The position numbers and the translations under genes are program-made. This document shows positions 1 through 9,141 of a DNA stretch of 32,000 nucleotides, in pieces. Numbering within the stretch: the stretch's first letter is position 1; every line of letters starts with the position of its first letter. The DNA lies in NCBI GenBank assembly GCA_965231145.1, contig OZ246420.1, forward strand, positions 330,001 to 362,000. The letters are read 5' to 3'. A model generated the notes under the pieces. That model saw only the letters and a list, made by a program, of their open reading frames with translations. It made no database searches and was not told the origin of the DNA. The DNA is from Candidatus Saccharimonadota bacterium (GTDB taxonomy: Bacteria > Patescibacteriota > Gracilibacteria > Absconditabacterales > Absconditicoccaceae).

Positions 1-10
1 TTATACTACC

Positions 11-469
11 ATGGCATACCTTGATATGAATAAAGAAGAACAAGCATATTATAGAAAAAGACTGATGTGGAATATCATCCAGCTCCTTGTTGGTACCGTG
101 CTTTTGCTTGCGGCATATGTGCATCTGCAGAAAAATAACGCAGAGAAAATGAGTATCTCGTCAGGAGTAGAAGTGCTTTCGCAAAAGGTAGTTTTGTGGT
201 TTCACAATATTTTCAATCACAATGGTAGTCAGTATGAAGACCAATTGGCAATGCAGAAAAACTATGCTGAAGTGATCAATGTCGTGCAAAATTCGTCGTG
301 TAAAGATAAGGTAGATGCAAATCTTCTTACTGATAAATACAATGATCTTCAGGATGATTCGGTTGAAGACTATGTGAAGAAAAGCGCAGATTACAATAAG
401 TTTCTCATAGATTTCTATAGAAAGATTTCTGAGGTGTGTCAGAAGGAAGTACATACGCAAACGAACTAA
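11..469 (+). CDS. hypothetical membrane-anchored protein, 152 aa
   Basis: ATG at 11 to TAA at 467-469 with no internal TGA. One hydrophobic helix (IIQLLVGTVLLLAAYV) near the N-terminus. No family recognised. Confidence 0.55.
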   Translation: MAYLDMNKEEQAYYRKRLMWNIIQLLVGTVLLLAAYVHLQKNNAEKMSISSGVEVLSQKVVLWFHNIFNHNGSQYEDQLAMQKNYAEVINVVQNSSCKDKVDANLLTDKYNDLQDDSVEDYVKKSADYNKFLIDFYRKISEVCQKEVHTQTN

Positions 470-486
470 CTAAACTAATAAACATG

Positions 487-580
487 GTGTAATATCGTGT
501 AACAATTGTGTAAGGTTGTGTAACATCGTTACTATCAATATTACACTATGTTACACGCTAAGCTTTACACCATTTTACAC
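487..580. repeat. phased hexamer array: 4x GTGTAA followed by 4x TTACAC (its reverse complement)
   Basis: GTGTAA at 487, 497, 508, 518 (10-11 bp spacing). TTACAC at 541, 551, 565, 575. Sequence between motifs is neither conserved nor complementary. Lies in the gap upstream of the cysS start (595). Confidence 0.85.
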
Positions 581-594
581 TGTGACATATTGAG

Positions 595-2259
595 ATGGAG
601 TTTAAGATTTTCAATACGCTGACTCGTCAAAAAGAAATTTTCACGCCAATCGACGAGAACAAAATCCGTGTATACTCATGCGGTCCAACGGTTTATTCTG
701 ATCCTCACGTAGGTAACTTGCGTTACTTTTTTTTCTGTGGTTTGCTTGGTGATACACTTCGCCTAATCTACGGAAAAGAGCATGTGAAGCATGTGATGAA
801 TATCACTGACGTAGGTCATCTCACTGATGATGGTGATGCAGGTGAAGATAAGATGGAAAAGGGTGCTCGCAGAGAGTGACTGACAGCGTGGGATATCGCG
901 AAGAAATACGAGAATAATTTCAAAAAGTATATAGAGCAGTTACATATTGAGTTCGATGAACTGCCAAGAGCAACTGATAATATCCAGGAGCAAATAGATA
1001 TCATTAAAATGCTCGAAGAGAAAGCTTATACGTATGAGATCCCAGGAGATGGTATCTATATGGATACGAGCAAAATTGCTGACTATGGTAAGCTTATGTG
1101 ACCAAATTATCATAAACATCTTGAAGGTCTGCAGGCAGGAGCAAGAGTAGATATCGAAGGAAAAAGAAATGCCACAGACTTTGCTTTATGGAAGTTTTCG
1201 CCTGTAGATCAGCAAAGACAGATGGAATGGGATAGCCCATGGGGCAAGGGTTTTCCGGGCTGGCATATCGAGTGTAACGCAATGTCTCGTAGATATCTTG
1301 GAGATCATTTTGATATCCATACGGGTGGAGTAGATCATATTACGGTACATCACTCGGATGAAATTGCTCAGGCCGAGTGCAGTTATGCAGCCGAGAAACC
1401 ATGGGTAAACTACTGGATGCATGTGCAGTTTCTCAATATCAATGGAGCAAAAGTCTCTAAGTCAGCAGGAGATGATTTCAGTTTGCCTGCTTTAAAAAAA
1501 GAAGGAATATCTCCCGAAGATTTAAGGTTCTTTTTTCTTAGAGCTAATTATTGAACACAACAAAATTTCACATTAGAAGAGTTAAAAAGAGCTTCTATTG
1601 AGAGAAATCAATTGTGGACATCAATGAATTATTTATTGAATTCTACTTTTAACCTAGTAAAAGAAGTTTGATCTTTAGAGGATCTCGAGAATAATCTAAT
1701 AACTGATATGGGTAAACAAATGCTTGAAAAATTAATGACAGCACTACTTGATAATCTTAATGTAGTTAATCTCATTTCTACTATTTATGCTTATCGCAAC
1801 AGTTTTGTGCATGATCAAACCCCGACTCAACGAACATCTTCAATAAATTTTAATACTCAACATGATTTTCTAATTGATTTTGTTACTCTTGTTAAATTCT
1901 TTGATGACCAATTGTTAAAATTAGACTTATTTCAAGAAGTCTGGAAAAAAGAAATAACTACAACGCCTGAAATACATAAGATGGCAGAAGAAGCTTGGAA
2001 TGCCAAGATGGCTAAAGATGAAAAAACATATTTTCAGATTATTTTAAAAATGCAAATTAAGAGTGTTACATTAGATAATGATAAACCGAATATAATTGTA
2101 ATACCTCATGCTATAATGAATATTGCTGCTGATCGTTGGAAAGCAAAGCAGGCAAAAGATTATGCGAAAGCTGATCAACTGAGAGCTGATCTTGAAGCTG
2201 CCGGCTGGGAGATGAGAGAAAGCAAAGATGATTATATTGTAAGTCCTTTGAAACATTAA
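595..2259 (+). CDS. cysS: cysteine--tRNA ligase (554 aa after TGA=Gly read-through)
   Basis: Same-frame ORF pieces 595-879, 1222-1554 and 1708-2259 joined across TGA at 877, 1099, 1552, 1669. HIGH-region [19 protein letters not shown] motif, KVSKS (KMSKS variant), C-terminal [27 protein letters not shown] typical of CysRS. Ends TAA 2257-2259. Confidence 0.93.
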
Positions 2260-2278
2260 ACTTTATATCTCTATACCT

Positions 2279-2476
2279 ATGATCATGACCAATATTGGTA
2301 GCTATGAAGTAAGTGCATCAGGGAGTCTCGGTCTTCGTGTTATGACCGCAGATGAATGGAATGCTACTCAGGCATATCTTCAATCGCATGGGCATGCAAA
2401 AAAGATATTTGCTCTGCTTTCTGAGGAGGAAAGCGATGATTCTCAAGAATCAGGAGTTGCTTCATATGAGTGTTAA
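2279..2476 (+). CDS. small hypothetical protein, 65 aa, acidic C-terminus
   Basis: ATG-to-TAA ORF 20 nt after cysS, followed immediately by a hairpin plus T-run. No family recognised. Confidence 0.4.
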   Translation: MIMTNIGSYEVSASGSLGLRVMTADEWNATQAYLQSHGHAKKIFALLSEEESDDSQESGVASYEC

Positions 2477-2480
2477 AAGA

Positions 2481-2509
2481 AATCCCGTCCTGGTGGCGGG
2501 ATTTTTTTG
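2481..2509 (+). terminator. intrinsic terminator (hairpin + T7)
   Basis: AATCCCG...CGGGATT stem followed by TTTTTTT, directly after the 2279-2476 ORF. Confidence 0.7.
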
Positions 2510-2540
2510 TTATATAAAACGAAGTGAATTACATATTAAT

Positions 2541-2567
2541 AAAAGGACGGGGCAGTGCCGTCGTCCC
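2541..2567 (-). terminator. probable intrinsic terminator of the beta-CASP gene
   Basis: The minus strand reads GGACGACGGCACTGCCCCGTCC followed by TTTT, 13 nt after the TAA at 2582-2580. The stem has an internal mismatch. Confidence 0.5.
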
Positions 2568-2579
2568 TAGAATATTGTA

Positions 2580-4454
2580 TTATCGATTCAATTCATACAC
2601 AATGCCGTTTCTTTCTGGTACATCAACGGTTAAATTCTTCTGAGGAAACTGTTTCGCAAATGTTTTAGCTATATCGTCAGCCAAGACTTGTCTTTGGTCT
2701 CATCCATGCACCATGCAGAGCGTAATGGAGTCGCTGAGGTTCAGCGACAAGAAGTGAGATTTGAGTTCTTCGTGGTCGCCGTGGCCAGAGAAGACGTACG
2801 TTGAGATCTGTGCGTTGTTTGAAGAAATAGTTTTATTATTGAGATAGACCGGCTCTTTGAAATCTCCATGAAGGATTTTATATCCATTTGTTCCCGGAAC
2901 CTGGAAACCGGTAAGGATGAGCTTTGCATGTTTGTCCTGATTGACCTCATCGATATATTGGGTAATCGTTCACTTTTCCAGCATTCCTCATGAACAGATA
3001 ACGATGCGTCTGCCTTCTGATTCCAGTAACTCTTTGACTTCTTCAGGGTCGGTGAGCCACTTGATAAGATCGGTATCATTGAGGTTTGCGTAAATCCCAT
3101 TTGGATCGTCAGACATGTACTCCTTCGTCAATCACATCGCAAGAGGAGACTGACAGTAGATCTTTTCGCCTTTGTGGAGCTTGAGTTTTTTGTGATGTGC
3201 AGCTTCTACAAGCATACAGATAATCTCCTGAAATCTTTGCAGCGCGAAACATGGGAGAAGTGTCATAGATTTACAGTGATTGATATCATCGATAAGTTTG
3301 TCGCGCTCCGCCATACGATCGTTATGCACTCTACCAGCGTACGTTCCTTCCATCATAACATATGAAAGCTCTTCCTGTGGAATAGCAGGTCTGCCGCTGA
3401 GTCCTGGTTGTTTGCTTCTTCCAAGGTCTCCGGTAAACATGATATGCACGTTGTCTTTTTTCTCTCCATGAATCGTAAGTACAGTCTGCACCGATCATTC
3501 TACATGGCCCGCACTATAGAAAGTAGCACTGAGAAGCCCTGGAAAAATCTCACATGACTTTTCCATAGGCAGCGCTTTAATCTGTCCAAATGCCTGCATG
3601 ACATCATTGTCATTGAATTCCATGATGGCGAGACGTCTGTCGAGATCTTTAATCTGCTCTTTGTCTGTGATATGATGACGTTCAAGTTTTGCTTTTGCAT
3701 TGTCATACTGAAGATCTGTGAAATTCTCCTGACTATCAATAATTTCTTTTTTTAGATCAATGAATGAACGAACTATTTCTTCTTCATCAAATGTATTGTC
3801 CCAGTTAATCTGACGCAAAATGTTAGCTGTTGTTACCTCGTCGTGCTTACGATTGTACATCGTTTCTTCAATGATTTTCTCCTGTTTCTTCCTGCCAACT
3901 TTATACTTCCAGATGAGGTCGTCCAACTTCTTATCGAAGAGACGTTTTATGCTGAAATATTTTTCTCCTATCTTTTCGTGTGGATTTTTGATATGACGAG
4001 TTTCGGGTGCCTGGTTACGTACGCGTACGACAAACCATGCTTCATACAGCTCATCTTGCAGATTCCTGACTTTTCTGTTGTGCTCAGCAACATCTTCTTT
4101 CTCATGCTTGAGCATATCGTCAAAGATTACACGCGAAAGTTTTTTTGACTTTTCACTCATGTAGATCGGCCCACGATAACCAGCTTTCACAAGGCGTATC
4201 ACGCTTCCGACATGATCCTGATGTACATGCGAAATGAACAACGCATCGAGCGTTGGAATATCAATATCTATCAATGGATTTTCAATTGTCTTATCGAACG
4301 TATTCGACGGTCTGGCTCCCATATCGAGCATAATATTCTTACTCACTTTCCCGTTGCTTACCACGATAGGGTGGTGCGAAGCACCAATATTGCTACTTCC
4401 TGGCTCTTCAATCCCTCATGCTACCATGTGTTTGATAGTGATTCACTTAGACAT
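2580..4454 (-). CDS. beta-CASP family metallo-beta-lactamase-fold ribonuclease (CPSF73/TTHA0252-like), 624 aa, with a large internal insertion
   Basis: Minus-strand frame is continuous from ATG (4454-4452) to TAA (2582-2580) across 7 TGA (4445, 4418, 3497, 3134, 2990, 2972, 2702; highest coordinate of each codon). Motifs: ISHVHQDHVGS (HxHxDH), GYRGPIYMSE, AGHVE-TGA-S, ICS-TGA-GMLEK-TGA-T, FSGHGDHEEL, VHG-TGA-D. The last ~550 nt are missing from the ORF track because TGA fragments the frame. The listed ORF 2741-3100 is in the wrong frame. Confidence 0.88.
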
Positions 4455-4504
4455 AACTGTGCGAATAATGGCTAAAGAATTCTTTACTCTTATAGTACTG
4501 AAAA

Positions 4505-4520
4505 TAGCATATTTATGCTA
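4505..4520. promoter_or_regulatory. 16-bp palindrome TAGCATA-TT-TATGCTA in the divergent promoter region
   Basis: Perfect 7-bp inverted repeat with a 2-nt centre, between the beta-CASP start (4454, minus) and the helicase start (4596, plus). A TATAAT box lies at 4563-4568. Confidence 0.4.
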
Positions 4521-4595
4521 CTTTTACAAGGGCTAATAAGTTGCTTTATTCCGAAAAAAACGTATAATAATTATAGTTATTTTTCTTCATGTTTT

Positions 4596-7013
4596 ATGAC
4601 TCTCTTAGCCTCATCCGAGAAAGATTCTATTCAAGAAAGACCATATCAAGTTCGTGCTTGGAAAAATATGGGAGATTTTACGAAACAGCGATTGAGACAG
4701 ACATTAGGAAATCCCAAAAATATAGATCTCTGGACTACGATGACTATCAATATGACTACTGGTTCTTGAAAAACATTTACAGCAGGAGAATTTCTGAGAA
4801 GACTCTATCTCATAAGAAATAAACTTGAGAGGATTACTAAATCCGAGATTCCTATACGTATACTTGTAATCAATGATCGTATAAATCTTGTAGATCAATT
4901 AAAGACCGATCTCATTGATGGAAGAGATGGTAAACCACCATTGTTAGGGAAAAATATTAAAGAGCATGCAATTATTAAACTTTTTCATTCTGCTGCAGAT
5001 TCGACAGGAGCTATAAAGGTAAAAGATGAGATTGCTGTTTCATGAACAGGTAAAGACGCAGTTTATTTTTCCACATTTTGAAGTACAGATAAATTTGCTG
5101 ATGAAGATATTGCGTGGGATATTATTGTGGTTGATGAAGGACATCATCTTAAAGCTGGGACCTATAAAGCTTCGCTTAAAAATGAAATACAAAGAAGTGA
5201 AAAGAAAAATGGACGTACTCCGCTTGTCATCCCGATGACAGGAACTCTTGACCCTATTAGTGATATCGTTAATGATCCTGTCGTTAACTATCCACTTGCA
5301 GAGTATATTGCCAGTCCATATTCGCCTGATATAGAATATAATCTTGTGACTTCGGCAGACTTTACATCTGAGATGTTAAAGGGTGTATATAATCAAATTC
5401 AGAAGATAGGAGAGCTCAAAGATTTTCGTGAAAAGAAAAAACAGATAGAAGAAATGAGAATATACATTGAGGAGCATCTTGCAAAATTTGGTGGACTCAC
5501 AGAACTGGTTAGTGATATCATTACAAGGTTGAACTCTTTGGATCATACGATTATTTTCGCAAGCTCTATCGAAGAAGTAGATGAGATTACTAAGGAAATT
5601 AATAAACAAGCAGGAGCTGATACAGCTATTGCTTTGCATAGTAAAATAGATGAGGCAGATCAGGATGTGTTAGATGCGTATAGAGATGGGAAGAGAAAAA
5701 TTATTGTCGCAGTTGATAAGCTTAACGAAGGTATAGATCTCCCTGCTACGAAAAATGTTGTCTTTTGGAGAGATGTGAAATCGCCAACAGTTTTTCAGCA
5801 GCAGTTTGGAAGAGGAATGAGAGGAGATAAGGTGAGATTTTTTGACTATACAGGAGTGCTCAGAAACATGGCTTGGGTGCAAGGTGTTAATCAAGAAATT
5901 CTTGATCTGCCAGAAGAGCTTATTGATAAGGATCCATCAATAGAAACAGAAGAGGCTGGAGAAAGACCAAGAAGAGGAATTACTATGTTGTTTTGAAATG
6001 TGAGAAAAAAACCTATATCGAGTGAAGTCTCTTTGGAGGAGATCATTTTACAGATGCAAAAACTTGAAGAGGAAAGTATGCTTTCAAGAGAAGAAATTAA
6101 ACAATCCTTTGATGATCTTGGAGGATATGATGCTTTAATGAAATATAAACAAGAGGAGCTACAGCAACTGAATTTTAGAGGACATAAGATGAGATCTTTA
6201 GCAACACAGTATGGATTTAAGAGTAAGCACGGTTTAGTACCAAACATACAAATATGATTTCGCGAATTTATTAGTCGAATGTATGATAAGGAGTTTGTAT
6301 ATGATCCAGAAGGATTAACGCCTGAGAAAATTAAACAATACTTAGATGGTCTTGGCGGGTACAATGTACTGATAAATTATAAGAAGCACGAGGTAAGAGC
6401 TATGAAAATCAATGAGAATAAATTGTCAGCCATCGTTGCAGGATACGGATTTGCAAGTAAGTACTGATTAGATATTCTTAATTCACGAGGATTTAAGGAG
6501 TTTATTAGTTATGTGTATGGAAAAGAATTTACTTATGAAAAATTGGTAAAAGAAGATATAAAACCTGTCTTAGATAAGCTTGGAGGGTATGAAGTGCTTA
6601 TGCAATATAAACAACTTGATCTACAGTCGATAGATATTAAGAAGAATAAAATAGGACGCATAGCTACTGTATACTGATTTAAGAGTATTCATGGTACCGA
6701 AGCTCCAGATGAGTTATGGTTTCAGGAATTTATATCTTTTGTGTATGGTAGAGAGTTTACGTACGTGCCAAGGTTTGATAACAAGCTAAAGAAGGAAGAC
6801 ATCAAGAAACAGTTCGACTTATGGGGCTGATATGATGCTCTTATGAATTATTCAGTTGAAGAGATTAAAGCAATGGATATAGGGTGAAATAAGATATTGG
6901 CAATAAGTACTATTTGTGGATTTACCGGCAATGGTAAAACTAGTATGCAGACTGCTACTTGATTTCAGCAATTCCTTTCCTTTCTTTATCAAAATGACTT
7001 TAAACATGATTAG
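4596..7013 (+). CDS. SF2 helicase (ResIII / DEAD-DEAH-like core) with a C-terminal tandem-repeat domain, 805 aa
   Basis: One frame from ATG 4596 to TAG 7011-7013 across 10 TGA (4767, 5043, 5079, 5994, 6255, 6465, 6675, 6828, 6885, 6960). Motifs: ERPYQ, Walker A MTTGS-TGA-KT, DEGHH (motif II), PMTGT (III), VDKLNEGIDLP (V), QQFGRGMR (VI). The start is uncertain (ATG 4515 is also in frame). Confidence 0.85.
6024..7010 (+). repeat. protein-level tandem repeat, about 76-81 aa per unit, about 4.2 copies, inside the helicase CDS
   Basis: Units start at about 6024, 6258, 6492, 6720 and 6963 (truncated). Shared pattern: F-x-EFIS-x-VYGKEF-x-Y ... KEDIK..LD.LGGY.xLM.YK ... NK...IA..YGF.S.HG. The DNA copies are strongly diverged. 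Four TGA fall on conserved Gly of the repeat (YGF, WGGY, GGN). Confidence 0.8.
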
Positions 7014-7040
7014 AAGTAGTGAGTTCTAATATATATTTTC

Positions 7041-7068
7041 TTGTATCCACAGCCAAAATCCCTATATT
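7041..7068 (+). promoter_or_regulatory. candidate sigma70-type promoter of lepA (TTGTAT-16-TATATT)
   Basis: The -10 box ends 6 nt before the lepA ATG (7075), with no Shine-Dalgarno motif between. This implies a leaderless or near-leaderless mRNA. Confidence 0.35.
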
Positions 7069-7074
7069 GAACCC

Positions 7075-9093
7075 ATGATAGAAAAGATTCGTAATTTTTG
7101 CATTATTGCGCATATTGATCACGGGAAGTCGACGCTGGCAGACAGAATGCTAGAGATTACTAGTACGGTGAAAAAAGTCGAGCATAGTCAGATGCTCGAT
7201 CGTTTAGATATTGAGCAGGAGCGTGGTATTACTATTAAACTCACGCCAGCGCGTATGAGCTGGAAGGGACATGAGTTCAATCTTATCGATACGCCAGGTC
7301 ACGTAGACTTTGCGTATGAAGTATCGCGCTCACTGGCAGCAGTAGAAGGAGCTATCCTTCTCGTCGATGCGAGCCAGGGTGTACAGGCTCAGACACTTTC
7401 AGTATTGTATCAGGCTATGGAAAATGGCTTAGAGATCATTCCTGTGTTGAATAAAATCGACCTTCCTGCTGCAAATCCAGAGAGAGTAGCACAGGAGCTG
7501 GAACACTTATTGTGAATAGATAAAGAGTCGATCATCAAAGTGTCGGGTAAGACAGGACAAAATGTTGATCTGGTTCTTGATGCGATCATTGAGCGTATTC
7601 CAAATCCTGCAGAGTTCCGTAAGACGCATCAGTCAAAGTTTTTTGCTGATAGTACGATTACGACATTTGACGGAAGCAGAGCACTTATTTTCGACAGTGT
7701 GTACGATAAGTATCGTGGCGTAGTATGTTACGTCAAAGTGCTTGATGGTGAGTTTAAGTGAGATGATAAGCTGCATCTTATCTACTCAGAGAAACAGATT
7801 CAGCCACCGGAGGTTGGTTATTTTACGCCAAACTATGTAAAAGATAAAAAGCTTTCTGAGGGGCAGATTGGGTATATAGTGACTGGAGGAAAGTCGGTAA
7901 GAGATTCGAAGATTGGAGATACGATTATCAAATTTGATGGTCCTCAGCAGACGATAAAAGACTATACGTCGCTCCATAAATTTACTATCCCTGGTTTCAA
8001 AAAGGTAAAGCCATATGTTTACGCTGGAGTCTATCCGGTCGACAGCAATGAATTTGAAAAGCTTCGTGACGGTTTTGAGCGCTTGTCGCTCAATGATAGC
8101 GCGGTAGAGTTCGAGTACGAAAATAGTCAGGCTCTCGGATATGGTATGAGAGCGGGGTTTCTCGGTATGCTTCACATGGATATTATCAGAGAAAGACTCT
8201 CACGTGAGTATAATATCGAGACGATCTTCACTGTGCCAAACGTGGTCTACCTCATGAAAATGAAAAATAATAATCATGAGAAAATAAAGACAGGAACTAA
8301 TGTCTTAGAGCTTGTAGGATCTGGATACTTTGTGCATATCATTAGTAATTTCACTGGGAAACTCAGCCCTGAAGATCAGGAGAATATTGAGTATAAAAAT
8401 GATCATGAATTGTCAGAAATATATAAAGAGAAGTTACGCAGCTGGCTTCTCGTAAGGTCTGGAACAGATATGCCTGAGCAGGGTATGATAGAGACGATCT
8501 ATGAGCCGTATGCTGAGGTAGAGATCGTAGGACCGAAAGATTTTTCAGGAAATATTATGGAGCTTTCACAGGACCATAGATGAGAGATGAAAAGCATGGA
8601 ATATATCGATGAGACAAGAGTTCTCTGGAGATATATGATACCGCTTGGAGAGATTATTATCGATTTTTATGACCAGCTGAAGTCTCGTACGAAGGGTTAT
8701 GCGACTATGAACTATGAGTTTGCTCGCTATAGGGACAGCAATCTCGTGAAGGTAGATATCTATATCAATGGTGAGCAGATCGAAGCGTTTAGCATGATCT
8801 GTCATAAAGATAAGGCGTATAACCAATGATCTGATATTGTGGTGAAACTTAAGGAACTTATTCCGAAGCATCTCTTTGCTATTCCGCTCCAAGCGGGTAT
8901 TGGGAGTAAGATGATCGCTCGTGAGACGATCTCAGCGATGAGCAAGGACGTTCTTGCAAAGTGTTATGGAGGAGATATCTCGCGTAAGAGAAAGCTTCTC
9001 GAGAAGCAGAAAGAGGGTAAGAAACGTATGAAGTCGATGGGAAATGTAAATGTGCCGCCGGATATCTTTATTAATCTCATGTCGAACAGATAG
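7075..9093 (+). CDS. lepA: translation elongation factor 4 (LepA), 672 aa
   Basis: Five same-frame ORF pieces joined across TGA at 7513, 7759, 8581, 8827. G motifs [19 protein letters not shown]-terminal [22 protein letters not shown]. Ends TAG 9091-9093. Confidence 0.95.
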
Positions 9094-9123
9094 CAATTAG
9101 ATGGTAGATGTTAGATTTTAGCA
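9091..9123 (+). repeat. 33-nt TAGCAA heptad element, copy 1 (TAG every 7 nt)
   Basis: TAGCAATTAGATGGTAGATGTTAGATTTTAGCA with TAG at 9091, 9098, 9105, 9112, 9119. The first TAG is the lepA stop codon. Followed by cttattc-TGCTA (short inverted arm). Confidence 0.85.
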
Positions 9124-9141
9124 CTTATTCTGCTACATCAT

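Noticed and set aside
487-580. GTGTAA/TTACAC cluster as DnaA boxes or a replication origin.
   Set aside because: The motif does not match the TTATCCACA consensus (TTACACA lacks two positions). There is no dnaA or dnaN neighbour, and no obvious AT-rich unwinding element beyond background composition. The idea cannot be fully excluded without a GC-skew analysis of the whole genome.
595-2259. Apparent pseudogenisation: cysS, lepA, metG, the helicase and others appear as strings of short same-frame ORFs.
   Set aside because: All interruptions are TGA, they fall on conserved Gly positions, and no frameshifts are needed. The fragmentation is an artefact of translating with the standard code, not gene decay.
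2741-3100. Listed minus-strand ORF of 119 aa at the 3' end of the beta-CASP locus.
   Set aside because: It is in the wrong frame. The frame continuing from 3132-3491 (through TGA) gives the canonical beta-CASP motifs SGGMLxxG, SGHGDxxEL and VHG, whereas this ORF gives no recognisable sequence.
5891-6364. Minus-strand ORF of 157 aa (Ser/Cys-rich).
   Set aside because: It is antisense to the helicase motif VI region and repeat R1. It has no motifs, and the plus strand carries the conserved repeat pattern.
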